From the NCBI GenBank assembly GCA_905178155.1, contig CAJINV010000009.1, positions 2,953,373-3,017,372 of the forward strand: DNA of 64,000 nt. The letters run 5' to 3'. The notes under the pieces are model-generated. The model saw only the letters and a program-made list of their open reading frames with translations. It made no database searches and had not been told where the DNA came from. Source of the stretch: Amoebophrya sp. A120 (Eukaryota > Protista > Dinoflagellata). Below are positions 24,101 to 36,644 of the stretch, piece after piece. Both the position numbers and the translations under genes were made by a program. Every line of letters starts with the position of its first letter. The first letter of the stretch is position 1.

Positions 24101-26941
24101 TGCATCTACTTCACTGATCTTCTTCGCAGATGCAACGACACTGCTGCTGCCGCTGCCTTGATTTTTCATTTCCCGTACTGAAAAATCCGTCCACGCCTTG
24201 TCACTACGACCGTCGAGGAAAACCACGTCAGCAAGGATCTCGGGAACAATAATTGCTTGGTCGTCCAATCCGGCACACATGGGCACGTCGACTTCCCGCA
24301 AGTATTCGCGAAAATTCTGCAAAATCGCGTCCGTGGTTTTCAGTTGGGGACCAGGGTCATCTCCAACAGGAAGATCCTCGTCTGATGAGACCACTGCGCT
24401 GCTGTTCTTTATTGTCATGCTGGAGGTCTTCAGGACGGCATTTGATATACTATCAGCTCCCGGATGAAGCCCGAACATCGTCTCATCAAATTCCCGCTCC
24501 TTTCTCCCGTAGGTCCGGTTGAAAAATCTTGGCGTGCGGCACTGGTATTCGTCCCCAAGGTTTTGCGCCCGCTCGTCCGGACAGAACTGTCTCCGCATCA
24601 TGGGCGTCGCGTCCTCGAAGAGCGCCGGCGTGGTTGACACAACGTTCACGGCGCGCATGGCCACGCGAGTTTCCGGGAAAAGCGTCAGGATCGGAAAGTC
24701 ATCGTACAGGAGAAGGTCGGGCCGCAAGCGGACGAAGTAGGTGAAGCGCAGTTTATTCTTGGAGGTGGAGAAGTTTATTTTGCTGTGATGGTCAACATCT
24801 GGCTGATGTTGATGATCTTTTTCTTCATGCACATCAAGCGCGTAATTGCTGTCCCTATACAGCTCCTGAAACTGCCTCACCCCACGGAAACACGCGTCCA
24901 AGTGCTCAAACTGTCCGGTGAAGGTGGTTAGAGTAGTCGACTCTTTCAACGCTTGCAGTGTCGGCGGTAGCACGACTGGAGATGATGCAGAAGAAGGCCT
25001 CGTTATTTGAACGCCACTTTTTGATGATGCTGGTGAAATTTTCTCCACCAAATCCCCGTAATTTCGCCAGCCCCCCCGGAGAAACCGAACCAAAGTCACC
25101 TTGAAGTCTGGAGTTTTTGCAGCGTGGTCAGCAGCTGGGTTCACCTTTTCTTGCGGTTCTTGCGCCTTCGGGGGTGCTAGAAAGTGTCGGGCCCAGTACC
25201 TAAAAGTTCTTGAATTTTGCTGCGCATCCTACTCATCGTCATACACGAGACGAGTGAGAAAGTACTACAGCACTTGCACATGCAAGGAAAATCGCTACAA
25301 CGAAATACTTACCGCATCTCCTCGTTCGATGCTGACACAACGCGGAGCGACTTCTTCATTCCCCCAGTTGTGGTCTTAGTCGACGTCGCAGCATCACGAT
25401 TTTCACTGTCGTCACTTCTCAGCCCGGTCCTCTCCCCGACTACTTCCAGGTCGGGCCATCCGCACAAGAAAACGTATATCAAAAGGAAAAATCTCCCCTC
25501 CCCATATCGAGAACGAAGTTTGTAGTGCTGTATTTGAGTACACAAATCGACTTGTATTGCTAGAAGGCCAAGAGACGCAGTGGCTCCCTCCTCTGCAGGC
25601 AATTTGTCATGCTGTTTCCCGTTTCCATTTGCCTCCTGTCATGCTGAAGACGGAAGGCTCTCCTAAGCCTCCCAGCACTACAGTCCACTTTTGTTGCCTT
25701 CTAGCATGACAACATGATTTGTGGTCTCAAATCATGCTACACAAATCTCCGCTTCAGTATGGGGAGGGTGGATTTTTCCTTTTGATAACGTAGAAATGAA
25801 ACTCGGTACTAGTCTTCGGATCCGCGCTTCTCACGTTCGGCTCCATCAGAAACCGCCTCATCCGGCCGGCGACCGACCAGATCTTTTCGTAATCCACGAC
25901 CCGCGTTCCCCAAACGTTGAAATACCGTTTTTCTGCGCTGCCGCAGATCACCAGAGCGATATTTAAGATTTTTTTTGCACCTCTTGTGGACGTTCGTCGT
26001 GGCGCAACATCAGCGTCCTCCTTGGTGGTGACATTTTCCCCAGTACCAAAGGGCCCCCAATACCGCAGCTTTTGCTCCGCCGCCCGTTTCAGACTCCTGC
26101 CCGGAAATGAAGATGATGTTCTTGACGCTGAAGATGAATACGTCGACGTCGTCCCGTGGGTAGTTGTAGAACTAGAAGAAGCGCTCGATATAATTATTTC
26201 CCGCATAGGCTTCTGCCCGAAATGGTACTCGTGCCGGTACTCTCGCGGGTTTTCTTCCTGATACAGGTCGTAGTTTTCATCTTGCTCGTCATCAGCAGGT
26301 AGGTGTGTCGAAGTAGAAGTAGATTCATCCAGGTCGTAGTTTTCATCTTGCTCGTCACCAGCAGGTAGGTGTGTCGAAGTAGATGCGTGTGCACTTCCAC
26401 CTACTCGACTAGTACCTCCCCGTCGTGAAGTAGTACTGGTCCACACCAGCTCTTTTTCAAATCTCTGGTCGTAAAAGTAGAAGAGCGGAAGCTCCTCCTT
26501 TTCCGCGATGGTGTGCCCTTCCCCGTAGATGAAAGCGGTTTGTTCCGGATCGGCTTCATCGGGACGTTCAGCTGGGTGGGTTAGTCCCTGTTGCGCGTGC
26601 GCTTGGGTTGGAGAACTCGCGTCTCCTCCTCCTGCTGCTTCGAGAACTACATCCGAAGATGTTGACTCCACAAGTTCATCTCCCGTTTTGTTTCCTCGTG
26701 CGACAAGCAGGAATTGTGGAAAACACAAGGCAGACACAAACACGCGGCGCAACAAGTGTGTACGTCGTACACACAGCAAACACGACGACAGGAAACCGAA
26801 ACCCTCAGACACCGCAAATAAACTCCGCGACGAAGCCGGACTGGTAAAGGCGGGCATTCTTTTTTCTCGTCCCTCAAATGAGAAGAGAAGGGATAGAGAA
26901 CCACTCTTGCAAGAGCAAAAATAAAAAAACGTCTCAATCAC
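21188..26941 (-). CDS. Putative GT-A-like glycosyltransferase (DUF7796/WavE-like), multi-exon
   Basis: Spliced frame carries, in order, NIALVICGS, FHFYVFL, GQFEHLDACF, FTYFVRLRPDL and GLDDQAIIV, the motif series of the '...RxRPD...DQ' putative glycosyltransferases, plus an N-terminal hydrophobic stretch. Five introners and one probable GT-AG intron (25200-25312). Ends ...MKWVNEAEL-stop at 21188. Family call is by eye. Confidence 0.65.
21264..21542. mobile_element. Introner, family E
   Basis: tatcctgagtaaaaacgt...acgtttttactcaggata; TSD ggttg/ggttg. Confidence 0.92.
21603..21939. mobile_element. Introner, family D (opposite orientation to 3217-3537)
   Basis: tatcaaacggaaaaatccccc...ggagattttcccttacaata; TSD gtctt/gtctt. 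Confidence 0.9.
22491..22797. mobile_element. Introner, degenerate family A
   Basis: tatgcactgcaaata...tatttgcaatgcata; TSD gtgcc/gtgca; joins YDAMH|PLGFND. Confidence 0.82.
23133..23386. mobile_element. Introner, family A
   Basis: tatcaaatgcaaaaatgtctgggtctggaa...cacttttgcaatccata; TSD atctc/atctc. Confidence 0.92.
25200..25312 (-). other. Probable canonical GT-AG spliceosomal intron
   Basis: Minus strand atgcg|GTAAGT...cttttAG|gtactgg removes an in-frame stop and joins NEEMR to YWARHFL; the acceptor choice is inferred. Confidence 0.6.
25477..25787. mobile_element. Introner, family D
   Basis: tatcaaaaggaaaaatc...gatttttccttttgata; TSD acgta/acgta; joins FHFYV|FLCGWP. Confidence 0.92.
26264..26383. 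repeat. In-frame tandem duplication with a 66-bp period, encoding STSTHLPA(G/D)DEQDENYDL twice
   Basis: caggtcgtagttttcatcttgctcgtca(t/c)cagcaggtaggtgtgtcgaagtaga at 26264 and 26330. Confidence 0.85.
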
Positions 26942-27563
26942 AAGAACATCGAATCATGGATCTAAAACATAGGGAACAGGCCCATCACAAAAGCGGAGTG
27001 ACACCAGTGGCGAACGACGGCTTCTTCGGTTTTGATTTTCTTATGCAATTCGCAAGAACAATACAAAGGAACACCCCTTCTAAACCCTACACCCGCCGGA
27101 GTCAGAGGTGACCAAAGTTACTACTACCAGGGAGGCGTCCGTTTACACTTCAAATCATACACATTTCATAAGTACATTCGAAATTGTTTTTGACTGTATC
27201 ACGAAGTAAAAATCGCATTTGCACCTGGTGCATTGACGTGCACGTGCTTCTTCATCGCCTTTAATATTTGCTTGAATTTATTGTTGTCTCGGATTATTTC
27301 ATTCTTCATTGGTTGACGAGCATCTTCTGACGCAAGATTCAAAATAATTCGTCCTCGCAAAAAGTTAAAGTTCTTCCTTTGTACCAAAATCTTTACCACC
27401 TAGCCATGATAGTTCTACAAGCACAGAGTCGAAGTTTCGCTTCAACTCATCATGGAAATTGATGATCTTTGTTGATTTCCATTTTCTAGCTCCAGATCTG
27501 AAGATCACTACAGAAAGTTCTGCTAGTCAGTGTCCCTTTTTTTTTCTTCGTAGAATTGTTCAT

Positions 27564-30500
27564 TCACTTCTTTTTCTTCATCCTGGCCACCTCCTCCTTC
27601 GCTTCCCGATTGTGTCCGTCCCCATCTTCCTCCTTAGCCTCCCCGCCGCCTTCTTGCGGCGCAAAACGATGTTGACCTCCTTCCTCCTCACTGTCCTCCC
27701 CTCCTTTCTTATCCCACGAAAAAAGTGTTACAGTTTACACATTTGTTGTCAATTCAGCAACACAAATTTCTCTGCATGAGAGAAAAAACTTGCAATGCAG
27801 AGATCCTACGGGAAAACGCCTATGAAATGAAGCTCGGAAGCATTTCTGGCATAACAGAAGTTGTCTGTCTTGCTTGGCCTGCAACACAATCAATGTGTAA
27901 CTGTAACACTTTTTTCTCGTGATATTTCTCCACACTCATAAAATCCGACATGTGCCAGGGACTGTCGGGATTCCGGTTTTGGAACCGTTTTTTTCTCCGC
28001 GCGCGCTCCGAAGACATGAAATCCGACAAATTGATCGAGTATCAAATGCAAATACGTCTGGGTCTGGAATGTAGCCGGTTTTGTCATGCATATTTTGCAT
28101 GACCCGGCATGTCTGTAATGCATGACCTAGCATCATAGATTTTTCCAGGGCTTCCTGATGCCTATTCCGCATGACAAATGCCCTTTCCGCGTAGCACAAA
28201 GACAAACTAGACTCCTCTTGCTGATCATGCAATACATTTTTTTAAAGTCCACAGTTAGCATCACAAACTCCAACCTTCCAGACCCAGACATTTTTGCATT
28301 TGATATCGAGGGTGTCCGGCTGTCGCACTTGATGTCCTCCAAATCTATCTCCCGATTCCAGAAAATGACGACGTTCTTTCTACCATTGTTCCTCGGCGTT
28401 GTTATCGCCGGCTGCTGTTCTGCTAACAACGCAGCATCTGCATCATTTTGATTTGTTCCCAAGTGGCTGGTGCTCGTCGCGCAACTTGGTCCCACGACGA
28501 AGCTGCTGCTGCTGCTGCTGCCCTGTCGTGCATACGGTCGCCGTGGAACCGCTGGGTCATGGTACTGCTGCTGTTGCTGCTGCTGTTCTTCAAACTGGTC
28601 CTGAGAAAATGCTGCTTCGTGTTGCGATAATTGCGAAGACGAGTGATGAAACCCTCCAAACTGCGAAGATTGCGAATTGCGATTGTAGTAGCCCTCGTGT
28701 TCTTCTGCATAAAACCCCCCGCCATCGGAAGACAAAATCGCCATCTGATTCGGTAGTGGCAAATGGACGGAAGGTTGGTGGGAGATGAAAGAGTGTTGTG
28801 AACATAAATCGTAATCGACTTGGTGGTCGTAGTGGTTGTAATTGGTGTTGTAGGATGGGAAAAGTTCCGGCCTGAAATCGTGGTCAGACATCCGGTCGTG
28901 CATCTCTGGCGGCGGACCACCGAGGACGTTACGAGGGTAGAAATTGTTGACAAAGTTCAAGTCTTCAAAATGGTCTGGCACTTGTCCTGCACGACCTGGG
29001 CCAAAATCTCCATCGATCTCCGCGCGAGGACCTGTGAGCCTGTTGTTACTTCCGTGGTCCTCGTCTTCGCCTACTTCAGAGTAGCTGCCCCTGCCGCGGC
29101 GAGAAGGTTTTTCTTCTTGCTGCTGTAGCTGACTACCACTACCCTGTCGCTCCGCATCTCCCACGTTGACTTCGGACAAGACCAACATGTGCTCCATCAT
29201 TTCGTCTTCTACTTCGCCGGTTTTGACGATCCCAGTCTCTTCCTCGAAGGACGAGCCGTGTTGATCCCCGTCTACTTTCGATCGGTTTAAATTCATTTTC
29301 TCTTCCTGTTCCCCTTGCTCGGATAAATTCTTCTTCATCGGGTAGTTCTTCACTTTGTCATTGTTGTAGCTTTGGTGCTCGTCGCGGACCACGTTATTAC
29401 TTTTTCCTTCCTCAACTAGCACAATGCTGTTCTCCACCTGGGCCTCGGTATCAACATGATGTTGCTGCATTTTGTTTATGCCATCCGTCGTGCTTTTCTT
29501 ACCAACGTCCGCACCGCTCCGTCGCTGCTGCTCTGGTTCTTGGCTGGTACCCGCAGAGCAGGCTGCTTGTTCCTCACAGGTCGACTGCTTGTTCTTCTGA
29601 CTCGATAAAAAATTTTCGGGCGCAGCTTGTAGTTGTTCCTGGCCGGTGCGATCGTTGTGATCATCGTCCATCGGCATCATCATCGGGTCCTTGTTACGGA
29701 ATTCGTCAACCCTCGTAATCTCGTCCGCGTGTGGTTTTACTGCAGACGGACTGTGCCCGAACGTATCTTGCAGTAGCATCGGTTCGTCCAGTTGCATCGG
29801 ATTTCCGAACTCGTCCACCATGGGCTCCATTGGTACTATCGGATTGCCGAACTCGTCTACCATCGGTTCCATCATCGGATTCCCGAACTCGTCTAACATG
29901 GACTCCATTATCGGATTTCCGAACTCGTCTATCATCGACTCCATAGGTACTATCGGATTTCCGAACTCATCTAGTACCATCGGTTCGATAATCGGATTGC
30001 CGAACTCGTCTACCAAAAACTCCGTCCCGAACGCCATCCCCTGTAGTTGCTCAGGCGGTAAAAACCCCGGCCCTCCCGGTGCTGGTGGAGCTGCCGGTGG
30101 CGGCATCATCATGTTGCCCCCTGGAGGTGGTACTAGTACCATCTGCTGCTGTAAAAACGGCGGTCCGTTTGGTGGCGGTGGCAACATCCCATCATCCTGC
30201 GGAGGGACCGCGCCAAATCCTCCGTACAAATCCTGCGACCCGTACTGTTGATTCAAATAGGCTTCGTAATTCGCGTCTACCGGTGCACTCCTGCTCGGGT
30301 CGTAGAAAATCATATTGCCAGAGGGGGGTGGGGGTGGCGGAGGGAGAAAATTGAAGCTGCAAGAGCCCGCAGGTGGGGGAACCACCCCGGGATGCATCGG
30401 CATCCTGTCGTGCGGCATGGCATAGTTCGGGTCCGCGACATCCATCGGTCCGTAGTGAAGCTGGTGGTCGTTTCGAAAGTAGCCCACCTGCTGCTGGGAC

Positions 30501-31333
30501 ATCATCATCTCTCCATTTGCATCATGTTGATGGTAAAACCCCTGCATGGGAGGTGGCAGTGGGCCCCCAGTCGAGGACGTCGCGTCGTCGTACATGACAA
30601 GGTCGTAACACTGATCTTGTTGGTCACGAAAATCGTTTCGCTCTCCTCCAAAAATCTCCCCTTCCTGGTCATTTTCACCAGCATCAACGACCGACTGTTT
30701 CTTGTTCCGCTTGCTGTTTTTCATCTTGTCGCCGCCTTTCTTGTTATTGCGCTTGTTCAACACGACATTTGCATCTTGTTGACGCTGCGAGGCTTTCTTC
30801 GCAGCTTTAGAACCACCTCCACCTGTGCCGCTTGTTTGCTTATTTCTATTCCGGTTGTTGTTCATTTTCATCCCGTTCAGCAGAACCTCCTCATCATCCC
30901 CATAATCTTCCGGCGGTCCGGTCGAATCTCCGTGGACACACCGCAAGTGCGGGACTAATTTCTTAAACTTGTGTTCTACCGCCGATTGCAGCCGAATCGA
31001 CTGCAATTCCAACATCTTCTGTTCCGCGTTTTCAATCTTGCTTTTTCGAATGTCGAACTTTTTTCCGTTATTTCCACGACCTGCCCCAGGGGCGATCTCG
31101 ATCTCGGGCACTTCCAAAATGTCGAGCGCTTTCTGCTGGTTTTTCCGTCGCGTGGTGATGGAGATGAGAGAGTCGGTGAGACTCTGAAAGCGGGTGAAGA
31201 GTTGCTGGTTCTGGGTTTGTTCCACATTCACCTCGTCGTTCGCTTCCTGGAGGAGCTCACGGAGGAAATCCATTTTGATGTTACGTTTTGCTTTATACTT
31301 AAATTCTTCAATAAACGACGAGCGAATGTACAC
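27564..31333 (-). CDS. Pro/Gln-rich, largely disordered hypothetical protein with an N-terminal coiled coil and VDEFGNP repeats
   Basis: 1066-aa ORF (first ATG at 31273) continued through two introners (RTPS|INLSDF; SVEK|GGEDSEE) to a stop at 27564; further 5' exons are possible. Confidence 0.75.
27710..27924. mobile_element. Introner (GAAAAAAGTGTTACAGT TIR)
   Basis: tatcccacgaaaaaagtgttacagtt...aactgtaacacttttttctcgtgata; TSD tttct/tttct. Confidence 0.9.
28040..28305. mobile_element. Introner, family A
   Basis: tatcaaatgcaaatacgtctgggtctggaa...catttttgcatttgata; TSD tcgag/tcgag. Confidence 0.92.
29795..30020 (-). repeat. Coding tandem repeat, about 6 copies of (V/L/I)DEFGNP(I/M)xxxM
   Basis: Visible in the translation of ORF 28133-31333. 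Confidence 0.9.
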
Positions 31334-31809
31334 TCAAGAGAGTCGCTCTCCTTTTCTTGAAGCAATACCAAAAACTAAAACTTGCTTGCAGCAAGACTTT
31401 GAAACAGCAAAGAAGAGGAAGAACTTCAGGCGGTTTGTGCGACGAAGTAAGTACCCAATGCATTCTCGGATCCATTCCTCGTCTCGCAAGCGCACTTACA
31501 ATTTCACCCAGTTTGATGAAGATCACGGCCTCATCTACTTCATTATCATTTCGCTCTGTCTCTTGACGACAAAAGGTCCGAAGTAGATCTCTCAACCACG
31601 ATAGGCGACGAAGCCATAGAACTACGACAACGATGATAAGGATAACACAGCTGCAACTTGAAAATAAGAAGCAATCTAGCCAACGGCAGAGCAGCCAATA
31701 ACCCTACTTTTTATACAGTAAAATATGTGCGTCGTCGTGTGCGTGATCGTGAAGAACTTGTTATGGCATAAACCATTTCTGAGAGAAAAAGCGTGGAGCC
31801 ACCAGATAC

Positions 31810-33394
31810 TCATTTTTCTATCAGCGACAATTTCGTCAGACTACAATTTCGAATGTCGAATTGCCGCACAAAGACCTGTCTTTCCGGCTCCTTTACCGAT
31901 AAATCCGGAGAAACAAAATCCCTCCAGATCCGATCCCCATACCGTTCCTTCCGCAACAGGCTGTACTTGTTTGTCTTCGTCTTCCTATAGAACAAGGAAT
32001 TCGAGTTCAGATTTATTTGCATCTTGTGCGAAGAAGTTGTAGTAGTTTCGACGTCCTCCGGATTTTCATTCTCTTCCTCCTCGTCCACCACCACTGCCGT
32101 GCTCGCGAGTTCCCCGTAACTGGCCGCTTTCAACTCCTGCAACTTCGGGTCTGAACCCAACAATGCCCAGTTTTTGCAAAACGTGTTCCCAAACGCGTTC
32201 ACGTAGCCCCAGTGGGTCACGCAGAAGGTCAGGGAGATGATAGTGTTTACTTCTTCCGTGGCTGTCGTGGTCTTGTCGACGTGTTTGTTATTTTCGATTT
32301 CTCTACTTCTAGAGAAGTAATTCCTTATCCGCGCCTCGCTGTTTTTCAACCTGTCAGCGTCGATCATGTGCTTCTCGTCCCTTGCGAGCATGCGCCAATT
32401 CTTCATTGCGGTAGTGGCTATGGGCTGAAAGAAGGGGGATTCTCTATTCTCGGCTGCAGCGTCCTGCAGGGTTTCGTGTTGTCCACTTGCTGCCGGTCGT
32501 GCGATTTCAGTTTCACCAGCTGCTGCAACTCGCGCTGCCTCTTTCCGCTGCGCTTCCTCGACGTCGTCGAACAGAGTGATGGTGACTTTGTTTTCGGGTG
32601 AAGATGTTGATGCTTCAGATGACAAAATCACTTTCGGACAAACCCCGACGTTGGACGCTCTCGGATGCACTTCCCGCATGTCCGGGTCGATTGCGAATTC
32701 GAGAGAGCATAACCTCTCCTTCTCTATCGCAAGAAAAAACTACTTCACTGTGAACTTGTAATGCAGAAAATGCATCTGAGAAGTGTTTGTCTTGCTACAC
32801 ATGCAAGGCAATGGATTTTTAGCTGTCTTTTCCCTTAGGAATCTCGCATGGCAAATTTTCTCTGTGATGTAGACCAAAGTTGTGATGCAGAACTTGCAAA
32901 ATCCTTACAGCGAAACACTTTTTTCGTACGGTATTCTCCTCCAACGCTTTGATCGCTTCTCCAAACACCAGCTCCGCGGTGGCGAGCGTGCGGCGCAACG
33001 GGGAAACGATTAGGCGGAGGGCAATTTTTGTCTTTTTACTTGCGTCAGGGGAAGTAGAACCTGCGGTGGTACAACTAGATGCGTCAGCATTGTCTCCCGC
33101 GCCGACCGTTTCCAGCAATTTCGCCCGCATATACCGTCCGATTTCCTTCGCTTCTTCCCTCCCGGCGTCACTCAGCCCCGCGTCTTCAATCGTGTTCGTT
33201 CCCCCGGCGTAGTCGACGACGTTTGCCAAAGATTCCGCGTGCCGGAGAAAATAGACACCACCATCGCGGAAATCCCACTCGGAAGGAGAGGGGAAGGAAA
33301 AATTGTAGGGATAGCAGGAGGACGAGCTTAGCGGGGTTTTTTCGTTCATTTTTGTGGAAGCAGCGAAGTCGTTGTCGTCATTTGCAAGCGTCAT
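31810..33394 (-). CDS. Histidine phosphatase superfamily (phosphoglycerate mutase-like, branch 1) protein
   Basis: YFLRHAES, VSPLRRTLATA, DPDMRE (formed after removing introner 32725-32933) and CVTHWG motifs. Confidence 0.88.
32725..32933. mobile_element. Introner (TIR intron)
   Basis: tatcgcaagaaaaaac...ttttttcgtacggta; TSD ttctc/ttctc; joins KALEE|KERLCSLEFAIDPDMRE. Confidence 0.85.
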
Positions 33395-33949
33395 CTTGTA
33401 ATAATTTGGGTGCTCAAAATTTTTGAAGAGTTGGCTTTGGTTTATTTGATAGCGGTACTAAAAGCTTGTTCCTTGGCACTTTCTACAATACATTAGGTGC
33501 ATTTGTCATCTTCATCTCTGTGTCGTCGTATTGATATGGGATTCCGATCTTCCTGGCAGTGCAGTCGTCGTGAAGCAGGTGTTGAAAAAAAAAACTCAAT
33601 AAACTCAAAGATTCCGTCCCCGATTGTATCTGAACCAAAACTTCTTCATTTGAAATGATTGGGACCGGACCGACAGAACACTTTTTGCGTTCGGTCTGTT
33701 CGTCCATTTTTCGACATATGGTCCCAGAGTCTTCACATCTGCATTTTTCAGCTAGACTACGGCAACTTCGATGTTGATTTCCATTGACGGCGTTTGTTGC
33801 GAAATAAACATCCACTTTCGGTCTATGATAGCATTTTTTTTCTTATTCTTTTGGTTTTGCTTTTGCGTTCGACTAGCTCTTCCAAAATAAACTGAAACTC
33901 ATATCAGGCGGACAGGAAAAATGATACAGGAAGTGGGTGATCGAGCAGA

Positions 33950-36049
33950 CTATGACTTTTTCATCCCACTATTGCCACTACCACGCGTCGACGAAGAAGT
34001 ACTACTGTTTGTATGGCAGCGAAACGTGATGCTGATCCGCCTGTAGTCCTTCCCTTTTACCCGATTATTTTCCGGAACAGGGGCAACACAGTGCTCGAAT
34101 TCTTCTTGAAATTTCCCATGGAAAAGCGTGAAGGACCCGTGCGGCAATAGTATTTCACCCGATTTGTCATGCAGCTTTTCCATGACCCATGAGGTCTGGA
34201 ATGCAGGACATAGCATGACAGATTCTGCGCGATCTTTCCCATGCCTGTCCTGCATGAGAAACTGCCTCCCGACTTGGTCAAAACAGGACGACTTTTGGTA
34301 ATCATGCAACACAGATTTTTGCATGCTTCAGATTTAGCATGACAAGTGGGATTCTTCCAGACCCAGACATTTTTACAGTTGATATGGAAAAAATCTTCCG
34401 GCACGAGCTTTTGGCGGAAGTGGTACATGACTGTTCCCTATGCATTGCAAATATGTCTGGGCCCTCCTCCTCTGGAAGGTTGGAACTTGTCATGCTAAAT
34501 CTGAATCATGTCAAAATCATTGTTGCACAATTGCCAAATAAAGCTGTCCAGTTGTGACCTAATCGCGATGCACTTTCTCATGCAGAATAGGCATCATAGG
34601 ACTATCACAGAATCTGTCATGCTATGTCCTGCATACCAGACCTCATGGGTCGTGGAAAACCTGCATGACAAGTCTTGTATTCTTCCAGACCCAGACACAG
34701 TGCTCGAATTCTTCCTGAAATTTCCCATGAAAAAGCGTGAAGGACCCGTGCGGCAATAGTATTTCGCCCGCTTTTGCGGTGAGACCACCGATTATACCGT
34801 TCTTCCCATCTTGTTCCTCACGGTGCATTTTCGCACTAACAGTCGCTGCTTTACCATCTGGGGCTTTTTTCCTTCTTTTTGCGGCCGAGGACTCTCCACC
34901 TGCATCCATTTCTCCATCGGGCGCAGCCGGTGCGGTTTCATTTTCCCTCTTCGCAGCTTGTCCTCCGGAGGTAGTAGTAGAAACGGGCTTCCACTTGAAT
35001 TTCCTGTCGCAATTGCCCAAACTGAGCATGACCACAGGGAAACGACAGTCGTGTCCGGTTCCCTTGTCCGAATGGAAATTGATGGAGTCTTGCGGGTCTT
35101 CGTAGAAATTCACTAAAGCGACGTTGTAGAAGGGTCTGGTCCCGTCTGGGGAATAGACCATCACCTGTTCTAGGGAGTTGACCATCGTGAATAGGCCCTT
35201 TAGCAGGGAGGAGGTATTTTTCGTGCCACAAGGCGATCCAGTGAATTCGTCACGCGATGATGAGTCGCTGTCTTCCACCTCTTCCCCGACTAGGCCTAAG
35301 GAGGAAGATGTTCTCGGGCCATAATCTTCCGGCCTTTTAGTTTCTTGCGCAACTATTGGTGGTGCTGACCGTGACCCTCTGTTTTTGCCGTTGTCTAAGC
35401 CCCTATAATTGTTGGCGTCACCTACTGCAAATCCTGCTTCATCGTCTTCTCTATCCTCCAGGTCGAAAATTGATTCGCTCACGAGGTTGTTCGACCCGAT
35501 CTTCAGCTTCCACGGTTCCATACAGTGTCTTAGTAGATTATGTTCCGAGTCATCTTCATCTGCCGGACATCGCATTGCCACGCACGTCTCATAGTAGTGC
35601 AAGAACCGGATTTTCCGTTTCAACTCGTGCTTTTTCCCGTACAGTGTGACCTCTTGCCGCTTCTCCGGGAGCAACTGTCGCCATAGAAACTCGAAGAGGT
35701 CTCTCACGTAAAGCTGGTCAAACAGGTCGCCACTTTCAGCGTCGGAAGCATCAAATTCCTCTTGCAAAAGAGGGCGCCGGAGATTCTCGAGTAGCTCAGG
35801 TACGCGAAATTGCTCTCGATATACACCATGCTGCAAAGAATCCGTTTTCAGCTTGTTCAGGAAGTGCAAAAATGGGGTGATCAGAATGCCGGAATTCTGC
35901 GAGAGGCGCATGTAGATCTCGGAGTCGTCTAAAGCGTCATTGCCGTCTTCGTGGAGTTTCTGTTCGATTTCTTGAACCAGACTTGAGTTGGAAGAAAATT
36001 GTCGGGTGTCTACGAATTCGTCCTCGCCGGAGGACGAGGATGCTGACAT
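33950..36049 (-). CDS. AlkB-family (ALKBH2/3-like) 2OG-Fe(II) dioxygenase
   Basis: VNFYEDPQDSINFHSD (HxD), VVMLSLG, LLPHGSFTLF...FEHCV (distal His) and RRISITFR (RxxxxxR); interrupted by a composite insertion flanked by a 76-bp exon duplication. Confidence 0.88.
34162..34694. mobile_element. Composite insertion: two truncated family A introners flanking a 54-bp foreign exon fragment
   Basis: Left element lacks its left TIR and ends ...acagttgata at 34384; right element starts tatgcattgc at 34439 and is cut inside its right TIR; flanked by direct repeats 34086-34161 and 34695-34770. Confidence 0.8.
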
Positions 36050-36644
36050 TTTCGTTTGAGTTTGTGGTCGTGTTCGTGCTGAGTGCAACTTGATGTGTAG
36101 GTGTACGAAAAAAAAGGGCCAGTTGCCGTAATCGTACTGGAGAAAAAAATCAGCTGAAGAGCAAGATGAAGATGCTTATCTGCTCAAAATGCTTTCTTGG
36201 ATGCTTCTCTATCAGTCATCTTTTGTTTTTGTCTGTTTGTCACAACCGTCCTGAAGAGACACAACATCATGCAAATCGCAGCTAGTACAGTGCCATCATT
36301 CTAATTGATCTTTTCTCGACACCTCATCGTGATCTCCCTTGTGGCTCCAGCCACAAGTAAAAAGGAGCACCTCAAGGATCTTTCTGACGTGAAAGCAAGG
36401 AACTTCTAAAGTGGCTACTTCAGACTCAAGCGTCTTTGGCTGAAACCAGGACTATTCATTGCTATTCATGGCCGTTAGAGATAGAGATAGAGTGTGATAG
36501 GACGTATAGTAAGCGCGCAACAGCCAGATCCTCCTGCGTCGGCGGTCTGAAATTGGTATATCCACCACGAACACGACACGCGCTGACAAATTGAATTGTG
36601 AACATTTCTTTTGCCAGCAACGATCGTCTGCTTGTTCCTTATCC

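Noticed and set aside
33483-33815. 110-aa minus-strand ORF between the phosphatase and AlkB genes
   Set aside because: GTG start, no motif and AT-rich spacer-like context.
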